From Ylistrum balloti (taxonomy: Eukaryota), in contig NW_026781958.1 of the NCBI RefSeq assembly GCF_031769215.1, positions 496,001 to 560,000 of the forward strand: a stretch of 64,000 nt of DNA, read 5' to 3'. Below the pieces are notes generated by a model, which was given only the letters and a program-made list of their open reading frames with translations, did not search any database and was not told the origin of the DNA. Shown in pieces: positions 54,064 to 64,000 of the stretch. Within the stretch, counting starts at the first letter, position 1; every line of letters starts with the position of its first letter. The position numbers were made by a program, and so were the translations under genes.

Positions 54064-54193
54064 TTTTCTGAGATTTCCTCAAGTATGTTCATAAGTTTGC
54101 CAGCAAGACCGAGCCGCCTGTACTCTGGAGCGATTGTCAGAGCAGTAACATGACCATGCCATAGCTCTCCTCCACCTTCTGCCTTTCCCATGA
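54064..54193 (-). CDS. NAA20: N-alpha-acetyltransferase 20, internal coding exon (130 nt)
   Basis: Acceptor TTGCAG|TC, donor AA|GTAAGT; encodes MGKAEGGGELWHGHVTALTIAPEYRRLGLAGKLMNILEEISEK (acetyl-CoA binding RRLGLA). Phases join correctly to the next two exons. Confidence 0.96.
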
Positions 54194-57100
54194 CTGCAAC
54201 AGTAATAATTCAAGTGAAAACATCTCTGAAGTCAAAACTTATCTTTATAAAAGCTCTATCTAGACTATTGATATATTGTTTTCTGTATATTTTGATTTGT
54301 AATTAATATAGAGAAAATTAACACAGATAATATGCCTGAAATTGTTCAATCGTAAAACCCCGATAAATCTGAGTTTTGTTTTGGTGGTAATGATGATTTT
54401 CAATTAACAATTAAAAGAACTAACAACAAGGCAACACTGATCTATAAAGACAGTGAAAAATTGATGTAGGTTTGTCTTTTGTGGTGAATGAATATGATTC
54501 TAGGGAAGATTTTTGGGACAATGCTATTTCCCATATTTTTGAAAGTAGCTACCTCGAAACATCCTAGTAACAGGACTCACCAAAAGTTTGAGAAAATGGC
54601 ATATTGGACTTAATCCAACGTTGAAACACATACAGAAGATATAGAAACAAAACAAACTGCATTTCAGATAGTTATAAGCCAATCCATGATATTTTGTTTC
54701 TTAAGTATGTTCCTGGTACAGACATTAAACCTATATAAAATGTTGTTCTACAAACATTCATTTAATACATAAGATTAGACCATTGTTTTTGGCTTTCCAA
54801 AATAAGCTTCGTCACCTAAAATTAGTGTAGTTTCTCCATGAAATGATCTGACCTTGTAATTTACCACATAATTTGTTGTAAACCATAATTATATGATTAC
54901 TAGGTTTAGAAATGGATTTTAGTGACATGTACATCAATATTGTGAAACAAGCAAATAAACTAATATCTTCATCGACTACATTAACGTTATGGCATTGCTA
55001 ACTTTCGCTAAGTCCAGAAATCGGTAAGTGCTATTAAGACATCCCTGCATTCTACTAACACAGAAACGGTAATTACCGACACAAGAATAGTTTTATCTTC
55101 GGAAATGTACATTACATCACTCTAGCGCTGGTGTATTTCATTTCCTTGATTTCTCTAAGTCTACTACGATAAAAAATTTAATTGTATTTGAATCACATCC
55201 AACCCATAACTGCTGTTAATAGAGGATGATGCATCTGCTTTACCCATCAGTATTCTTAGTGCTCCGTCTGTTCATAGTAGTTACAGGTGTGTAGTGCCAC
55301 AACCGCATCGCTTGATAATGAACAACTATTGATTGACAACATCCAAACAAGTTCTGTTCATCATCTTTCTTCCATAAAACTTCAGTAATTAAGATCTGGA
55401 TGTTCTATTGCAAATATTAATTCTCGATCATAAGAAGCATATTGCCCCGATTTCAGAAATTTAGTGAATGTTATCAGACTCGACAGTGATTTTCTCATTT
55501 GTCTGTCTGTCTGGTATTGAATGTAAGCTATTATGCTTAACATCGGAATGTTAAATCAAAATGGAAGATGCATGATATAAGATACATCTGTCAATAATAG
55601 ATTTGCGTTAAAAAAATAGTTATATCTCATAAAGATAAAATGCACATTATCTGCCAACAGTTAGCCAGACAACAAAACACAAGTGTGTTTTCAAAACTTT
55701 ATTGGGTAATACCCAAGAAACATAATCATGAAAATGTAGGGATTGTGATGAATTTCACAGGTCAACATATGAAATTTTTAGCTAATATTCCCAGCTGACA
55801 AGCTGTTCTTAGTGATAATCACAATCTGACAGCACATCTTAAACGGTGAATGTCACTTTTTCAAACAGACATGATTTGGCTGATAGCTGTATTCATCATG
55901 TAGTCTATTTTCCGCTGGAATACCATACAATTACGTATTATCACTTTACATATCGTGTCATCTTATGCGTGGGGGAGCAGGATGATGGATTAGTTTCAGT
56001 GAGAAAAATGCAGAGACAGGCTGTTGATAATTTCATGAGGTGGTGAGGCATATCAAATTTTACCTTCAAAAATATCATTTTTCAAAATTTAAACAAACTG
56101 AAATGGACACTGTAGGTATCATTTCAATATTTTTTGAAAAACTAAAATACATTGTAGTTGTATTAATTTTAAGGAAGGTGATCAAAATCACAATGAAAGC
56201 ATGCGATATCCTGGGAATAAAGAAAACAGTATATAAACATGTGATCTATCAGTTATGCTACTCTGGTACCAAATGTATACACTTATCTGATAATCCTTTA
56301 GGATACCTAAAACTCTCAGATCATCACTAGGGTAAAATATTATACAGGAAACAGGACATGTCTGTTTTCAATTTATCATAAAAGACCGAAAATTTGTCCC
56401 AAAAGACAGTTTCAAATAATTGTTTGATTTCATACAATAGAATATTTGACAAGATATCATACTAATAATATATTACAGAAATCTCGAAATCTCAAATCCA
56501 TGGTCTGTTTATTTTCTATACTATGCTACCATATTTATATACAAAGCTTGGCATAACAATAGACGTTCATACAGTGTACCATTAAATAAGTACACTGTTT
56601 TTCTACTGAAGTTGGAGTACCAGCTCCCTGTATGACCTAGTCATATTAAAAAGACATACACATTGCAGGTATAGTAACATTAATGAACAGTAAATATTTC
56701 TTTCTTTTAATTAATACATTACAATAATCATACTTGCTTCATATATCTGTCTAACACACTAACATGATAACTGTTCAAGTGTTTGTCTCAAAATCAAATT
56801 TGATATTTACCTGATACAATTTAAATACACATTAACACTGAAAAAGAGATAACAAGGGAAACACAGATTGCTATTGCCAAACATAGGTCATCAAGTCAAT
56901 TTTACAATGTTCAGTGTTCCTCATGTAATTTACAATTACAGCAATTTACATATAAAGTTGTCTCCCTTGAACAACATTAACTAACACTGTTTTCTAGTTA
57001 ACGTGAGTTTATCTAACAATATATGAATCAATAAATGGTAGATATTTAAAAGGAATTATCTTTTTTTATCATTTATACACAAAGTTTTTAATATGTTACC

Positions 57101-58388
57101 TAAGTCATACTTATCGTTCAAAATATGAATATAATCAAGTGTTTTAAGTTTAGTGTTTAAAAGTATCATCCTGCAATCTTTTAATGTGTCAAAGAGCCTT
57201 ATATATATTCTAAACCTGTCTCATATTCATCAACAACGAAGAAATTACTGTCTATATATTTGACATTTCTTACCGTTCAACAAATGACCTTTGACTTACA
57301 GTAGGAAAATCATGCACAAGATTTTAATTACAAGACATTGATGACGCAACTGTTGACTTTTCTACTGAAACTGCGACAGATGAGGGTGGGCTTATTAACT
57401 AATGAATCTACATAATGCAGACAACTTACTGGACACAGAACATGCTTTGTTCAACTATCTATAGGCTTCTTTAGAAGTAAATTGTAGGGTGAAGGTACTT
57501 GAATACAAATACCCAAGGTCACAAGAAACACTCTCGTGTTAAGATACTATCAATAAAAACAATATATATAATGTATGTTACATAATTATGATGGATTTCA
57601 TTTTTTTGGATACCACACCCCAAACAAAATTGTGATGACAATGATAGTTTTATATTCAGAAGGAAAAGTTCAGTAAAAATGTTCTGATATCATTTCATGT
57701 GTAAAGATATTTAAACAAGTAATTATTATTCTATTTATCAAAACAAATTAGTCTGTCAGAAGATTAAAAAGTTAAAGTATTTAACTAGTGAAAATGATCT
57801 TTTAATTCAATTTTATTTCTACAGACGTAAATGGAATTGACCTTTCCCTGATCTCTGCCAGAGTGCATTATAGGCTAAACCAAGGGTACATTTACATATT
57901 AAACTGATTTATGTACAAAAATTTAACGGGCATAATGAAAATAGCCGTGACACTGCTCAAGTTTATAATGTTGACAAAATATATTTAGATCAGTCTTGGT
58001 TACGCCCATGCTTGAAATCTTAACCATCGCTGCACTTCTATTCATAAGGATTTACATCTACAATAAGGAGTAGCGCCTTTTCAAAATAGCACTGACAATC
58101 ATTATATACACGTGTAGGAAAAAGTAATAATATCATTTACCTGCATCCAATGAGAAGTTATCTTTCAATTTTCTGCCTTTGAAGAATTCTGGCAAAGGCT
58201 CAGATGTTTTCCCATTACTTTTCTTGTAATAATTAGATTTGTAACTTGCATCTAAATACGAATTTGATCAAGGGCTGCTTAAGATGAATGCATATACTTT
58301 ATTACATCAAACTTGTGCATATTCATATTAATTTAATGGTTCCTTCTGTTCTATAAGAACCTACAATAGTTCTGTTGGTTAGAAAATC

Positions 58389-58620
58389 GGCCTACTTGAC
58401 CTCCGGTGAAGACCCGAGGTTCACAGTTCGATCCTCCCTACATGTGGTGGCTTGTGTTTCTGGAGAAACTGGAAACTGGACCAATCTATGCTGATGGTAT
58501 TGAGTCCTTGAGCGATACACTTTACCCTGATTGTTCTGGATGGTCCTCCTGTATGTTGTTTAATGAGGTAGCCACCAGCTACTACAAGGAGACCCTGGCT
58601 AGTATTGACAGAGTTATATA
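58389..58620 (+). mobile_element. Degenerate tRNA-derived SINE with CORE-like segment
   Basis: B-box-like AGTTCGATCCT at 58425-58435; GAGTCCTTGAGCGATACACTTTACCCTGATTG at ~58502 resembles the CORE-type CCTTGGGCAAG.CACTT motif. Confidence 0.55.
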
Positions 58621-58669
58621 CCCAGTAATCAAACAAGCAATATTTCAATTGCATAGAACACATTGTTTT

Positions 58670-59459
58670 CTGTTTATGTCGTCCCAAATCTCATCTCCAT
58701 TTCTGTTTACCATGTCCCCAATCTCATCTCCCTTTCTGTTTACCATGTCCCAAATCTCATCTCCCTTTCTGTTTACGATGTCCCAAATCTCATCTCCATT
58801 TCTGTTTACCATGTCCCCAATCTCATCTCCCTTTCTGTTTACGATGTCCCAAATCTCATCTCCCTTTCTGTTTACCATGTCCCAAATCTCATCTCCCTTT
58901 CTGTTTACGATGTCCCAAATCTCATCTCCATTTCTGTTTACCATGTCCCCAATCTCATCTCCCTTTCTGTTTACCATGTCCCCAATCTCATCTCCCTTTC
59001 TGTTTACGATGTCCCAAATTTCATCTCCCTTTCTGTTTACGATGTCCCCAATCTCATCTCCCTTTCTGTTTACGATGTCCCCAATCTCATCTCCCTTTCT
59101 GTTTACCATGTCCCAAATCTCATCTCCCTTTCTGTTTACCATGTCCCCAATCTCATCTCCCTTTCTGTTTACCATGTCCCCAATCTCATCTCCCTTTCTG
59201 TTTACCATGTCCCAAATCTCAACTCCCTTTCTGTTTACCATGTCCCAAATCTCATCTCCCTTTCTGTTTACCATGTCCCAAATCTCATCTCCCTTTCTGT
59301 TTACCATGTCCCCAATCTCATCTCCCTTTCTGTTTACCATGACCCCAATCTCATCTCCCTTTCTGTTTACCATGTCCCAAACTTCATCTCCCTTTCTGTT
59401 TACCATGTCCCAAATCTCATCTCCCTTTCTGTTTACCATGTCCTAAATCTCATCTCCCT
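58670..59459. repeat. 33-bp minisatellite, ~24 copies
   Basis: TGTCCCAAATCTCATCTCCCTTTCTGTTTACCA; the 346/264/281-aa ORFs are 11-residue repeat artefacts. Confidence 0.97.
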
Positions 59460-60124
59460 ATCAGCAAAATGCATGTATCCAGTAGTTTGTGATATGTCGA
59501 CACACTGACAGTTTTAAAAATGAAATAAGCTTGACAAAATTTAAACGGTACAATAGGTTTGTGAATAAATAAATAGATATGAAAAGAAAATCCCATCAAC
59601 AAGAATATTTGAGTGAATGGGTGTATAAGGTTATACACTACCCCTGAGCAGAGTACCTTTCTCGTCCAGAAATTCCTTAACTTGGTAGGTTTTATAAATA
59701 TGACAGGAAATGATGTTTCTCTGATTCAATGATTCAACAAATATTGAAAGATTTGATGCGCTGTGTAATTCTTGAACATTTTAATATAAAAATCTTGTCA
59801 GGAAATCCCCTCCATCAGTGTTCAATCCATCTCTTTCAAACCACAACATGTGCTCCTCAGCAGTTTAAGAAATTTTTTATAACATTTTTATATGTTTTTG
59901 AATTTAAATGCTATAAATTCTTCCACAATCAATCTCACACAGCTCCTACTGTCTTGTATGATATGCCATCATCACTGTGTTCATTGTGACATCGCAATCA
60001 TTATTAGTAATTATATAAACAATGTATATATGATCAAAAGATTAATTAAACCTCATTTATTTTACAATAACTGCATACAAGTTTTTTCCAACTTAAATCA
60101 ATCACTCTTGTTGGCTCTGACAAT

Positions 60125-60277
60125 TTAATAGGAGTCTTACTATGGGAGAAATCTGGAGCATGCATGGGAAACCCACGTGGTTGGGCAAGTGACCTGTATC
60201 CTTTTTCACGTTCAGGAATCGAACCCCGGACGTCTCTAGATGAAAGGCATGTGTTACCACTGCATCACAGGACCACC
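60125..60277 (-). mobile_element. tRNA-derived SINE (Meta/MESC-like central domain)
   Basis: Minus strand: A-box-like GTGATGCAGTGGTAA, B-box GGTTCGATTCC (60215-60225), then GTGGGTTTCCC...TGCTCCAGATTTCTCCCA. Confidence 0.7.
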
Positions 60278-61492
60278 CAGTACAACAGAATGTAACAAAG
60301 TGCATCACTTCTCTACATTGCAGAATATTGCATCCACTATATCTTACAAAAATCAGACCAGAAATTTATTTATGTTTGCTATTAAACTCTATAGATGTTA
60401 CTAGCAATTTAAAAGGAGCAAAGGTTTTGAAAATTTTTATTTTCAAAACTATAAATTAATGATTTGCACTTGAAAATGGCCCTGAAATTTTCTCTGGTGA
60501 TTCTGATAGGACCACCTACTACTGTCCGTATCCAGAATCTCACCAGTACAGACAACGACAGGTGTACGACCACTGCCAGCAGTAATCAATCAATCTATGT
60601 GTAGAATTTGAGATTAAGTTCTCTCATCAACCGGATACAGAAGCATTCTTTATTTCTAATGTCTATCTACACTAACCTGCCAAACTTATGCGTGTAATTA
60701 CGCCTACAATCCTCCAACATGTTTTTAAAATTAACGACGAACATGAACCACCAGCAGGTAAACCAGTCCCAGACAGACATTTGATTCTTAACACCCTCAT
60801 ACAAATTTAATTACCAGCATTTTCTCCTGTAAATATAAGTGTCTTGACACATCATGATAGAGTTTCATTATTCAGATTGAACAAAATGCCTTTGATCACT
60901 AAGGATTGAATTTGTAAACAAATGCAGCATGAAATGATGCGTATCTATTAGGGGAACTTGTCAGATATATACTGGCATTTCATTATCAAGTACGGAACTG
61001 ACACACTTTCTCTTCTTATTCCACAAGGAAACATACAGATAAAACATTGTCTTTCTAATACTATAGAAAACATGTTTTTTTATTTATTTGTTATTTTTTT
61101 TATGTTTTTGGTGTAGATTTTGATGATACATATCTGTATCTAGAGACAATCATTGTAAAGAATGGAATTTTTCATAAAGTGAGTCAAGGAAAAAGGAAGA
61201 TTTTCTTGAACAAAAAAAATTCCATCACATGTTCTCCTCCATGTACCAATCTAGAAGATTTACACAAGCGTTTTGTATATCTGTTGGATCATATACAATA
61301 TTTTATGTTTTATTTTTATCATCAATTATCAAGCTAAAGTGATCAAGGTGTGTTTTGGGGAAATTGTGGTTACACATCATTTTCATACCTGATTACAGCT
61401 GTTTACCCAAGGTTAGTTGCGGTACATTCTTATCCAGACCAAGACAATTTCCATGAAGTTTAGCTTTCATGGTTTTACAAAAAAAATCACTA

Positions 61493-64000
61493 CCGTATTT
61501 ATTCCAATAAATGCCCCGTGGGCGTGAAATTTTTCAGACAGGGGGCGATTAATAGAACACAAAATTTCATAATTTGTTGGTCATGACATGCCATGGCTGC
61601 CACTTAAAAACATTGTTTAACAAACTAATGAATTACTCAGCAAAGAATGCATTTGAAAATTGCATTGTTGTCAATTGCATTCTGATAACCTGAATTCTTG
61701 TATGAAATGACACGATGTCAATCATGTCAGCTTCAGTCAAAAACGTACAATGTTCATCATCGCTTGTAGGCCTAGTTTGCATAACAAAATAAAAAAATAC
61801 AGCGGTATATAAGCCAGTCTTTTTCTTAATAAATCCCACATACCTGATAACAATGTCTGGGACAAAACGAAGTTATGACACTGCTTTCAAGCTTAAAGTA
61901 ATCGCCTTTGCAGAGGAGAAGGGTAAACATGCCGCCGCGAAAGTGTTTCGTGTTGACTGAAAACGAGTGCAGGACTGGTGTCAAAACAAAGAAAAATTTA
62001 AAAATCTTTCTAAAACATCTAAACACTGTAAAGGAGGTGGGAGGCATGTCAGATATGAAGATATTGACAAAAATCTGATGAGATGGCTTCAGGACAGACG
62101 GGAGGCCGGAATACGAGTGACTGGGAAAGCATTGCGGTTTGAGGCCCTGCGTATGCATAAGGCAAATGGTAGTCAATCGTTCAAAGCCTCATATGGATGG
62201 TTTCTAAATTCAAAAAGAGACATAACATTTCGTTCAGGCGATCTACGCATGTGGCACAACATGAAGTTTCATTAATTGATGATCGTATTGACAGTTTTTT
62301 GAATTTCGTGTTAAGAATGCGTCGGCTACGAGAATACCCCGATAGCCATATCGCTAACATGGACCAAACCCCGGTGTGGTTTGACATGCCAGGAAAATCG
62401 ACATTAGCAATAAAGGGGGAAAAGGAGGTCAGAGTTTACAGTACTGGCCACGAAAAACAAAAAAAATAACGGTGACACTGGCAGCATATGCCGATGGGAC
62501 TAAAATCGCCCCCCTTGTGCACATGCCAGGCATTCGTCCCCTTCCGAAAGATGACATACCAAGTGGTATTGTGGTATACATGTGCGGGGCCGGACAAAAA
62601 TCCTGGGCAAATGAGGAAAGTATAAAATTTTGGTTAAAAAAACTCTGGGGTGTGAATAATACAGCTAGGCGGTTATTAGTATGGGACGCTTTCCGTGGTC
62701 ATCTTACTGAAGATGTAAAAAAACTGGTTCGTCAAAAATATAATTCAGACATCTGTGTTATACCCAGAGGATGTACATGTAAGCTACAGCCAGCAGATGT
62801 GTCATGGAATAAACCCTTCAAACAACAAGAGATCCCAGAGGGATCTTGGCGCCCACTATTTGAGGATCTATTTTCAGTTCTTGAAGATTTGTTTATTTTT
62901 TTTGTTTGTTACAGGTGTTGTAAATGTTCATGAACTGGTCTTCATTGAATGTACTCAATGATGGCACAAGATATTTTTATCAAGCACTTATTAGCAAATA
63001 TCATTTGAAAAAGATCCCAAAGTATTATTAGATAGCAGTCAGTTACAGGTGGATAATGGACAATATGTTTGTGCTGTATTACTGTCGATATCCAAGGTGG
63101 CGGCCTGTGGGCCACCTTGATTTCAACTCAGTCCAAAAAAAGGTACAATGCACAACTAGGGACCAAGGGAAACCAATATCTATGAAATATCAGAAGGATC
63201 CATCCAGTATTTCCTCAGATATAGCAGTAACAAGATTTTACTCTCAAAATTCAAGATGGCTGCCTGTCAGCCATCTTGATTTCCGATCAGTCCAAAAAAC
63301 TACAATGCACAACTTGGAACCAAAGGGAACCTGCATATGAAATTACAGAAAGATCCATCCAGTACTTTCTCAGAAATAGTGGTAACAAACTTTTACTTTC
63401 AAAATCCAATATGGCCACCTGTCGGCCATCTTGAATTCGAATCAATCCAAAAAAGGTACAATGCACAACTAGGGACCAAGGGGAAACTGGATATAAAATT
63501 ACAGAAAGATCCATCCAGTACTTTCTCAGAAATAGCGGTAACAAACTTTTACTTCCAAAATCCAATATGGCCACCTGTCGGCCATCTTGAATTCGAATCA
63601 ATCCAAAAAAGGTACAATGCACAACTAGGGACCAAGGGGAACCTGCATATGAAATTTGAGAAATATCTATCCAGTACTTTTCCAGAAATAGCGGTAACAA
63701 AAATTGTTTACGGACGGACGGACGGACCACGGACCACAGACGCAAGGCGATTTGAATACCCCACCATTTGATGATGGTTGGCTAAAAACTTGGAGAGGAG
63801 AGTTGTATGACAAATGGTGTTTCAATGGCCCCATTGAGAAAACCAAAGCAGGGAATCGTAAAGCCCCATCTAAAGCTGTAATGTTGTCTTGGGTCAAGAC
63901 AGCATGGGATAGCATTAGCCCGGACACAATCAGAAGATCGTTCAAAAAATGCGGTATCACAAATTCGCTGGACGGCAGCGAGGATCATATTTTCCAGCAT
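61493..64000 (+). mobile_element. pogo-family (POGK-like: Brinker DBD + CENP-B HTH + DDE_1) transposon, pseudogenised, runs off window
   Basis: TA|CCGTATTTATTCCAATAAATGCCCC terminus. ORF from ATG 61853 (MSGTKRSYDTAFKLKVIAFAEE...) has an in-frame TGA at 61958 and frameshifts near 62205 and 62460. Motifs NMDQTP, LVWDAFRGH, LQPADVSWNKPFK; resumes after 63785 as LYDKW...WVKTAWDSI...SFKKCGITNSLDGSED. Confidence 0.93.
62824..63784 (+). mobile_element. Non-autonomous Helentron-type (HINE-like) insertion with ~156-bp internal tandem repeats, nested in the pogo transposase
   Basis: Starts AACAAGAGATCCCAGAGGGATCTT; ~156-159-bp units at 63110, 63269, 63424, 63580; (GGAC)n microsatellite at ~63712; subterminal hairpin CCACCATTTGATGATGGTTGG; inserted in an A run. 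Confidence 0.8.

Noticed and set aside
55225-55255. Minus-strand LMGKAD resembling NAA20 IMGKAE (duplicated exon?)
   Set aside because: Similarity stops after 5 residues; no matching splice sites.
58406-59508. 346-aa ORF with apparently unique N-terminus
   Set aside because: The N-terminus is a SINE relic and the remainder is a 33-bp satellite.

Overview
AT-rich eukaryotic (animal) genomic DNA; the repeat types suggest a bivalve mollusc (inference). Two intron-containing genes converge tail-to-tail. (1) A + strand two-exon gene (4626-4860 joined to 14189-14679, 241 aa) encodes a secreted protein with a half IGFBP N-terminal Cys motif, a complete 10-Cys follistatin (FOLN+Kazal) module and a very basic tail. 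(2) The last three coding exons of NAA20 (NatB catalytic subunit) lie on the - strand (54064-54193, 53063-53199, 32990-33075); its 5' exons were not found and probably lie beyond the window end. The rest is degraded mobile elements and at least 12 unrelated tandem arrays. Mobile elements: a CR1/L2-type LINE RT fragment, a TIR-bounded Tc1 element, a pogo/POGK-like element with a nested Helentron-type non-autonomous insertion, tRNA-derived SINEs and a dispersed repeat family. Most notable: a ~2 kb 47/48-bp minisatellite is an in-situ amplification of the LINE RT 'SGVPQGS' motif, and a sharp CpG-rich to CpG-poor transition near 30 kb has a structured GC-rich island at the boundary. Almost all long ORFs in the track are tandem-repeat artefacts. 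No prokaryotic-type system or CRISPR array is present, and I cannot support a wholly new multi-gene system.
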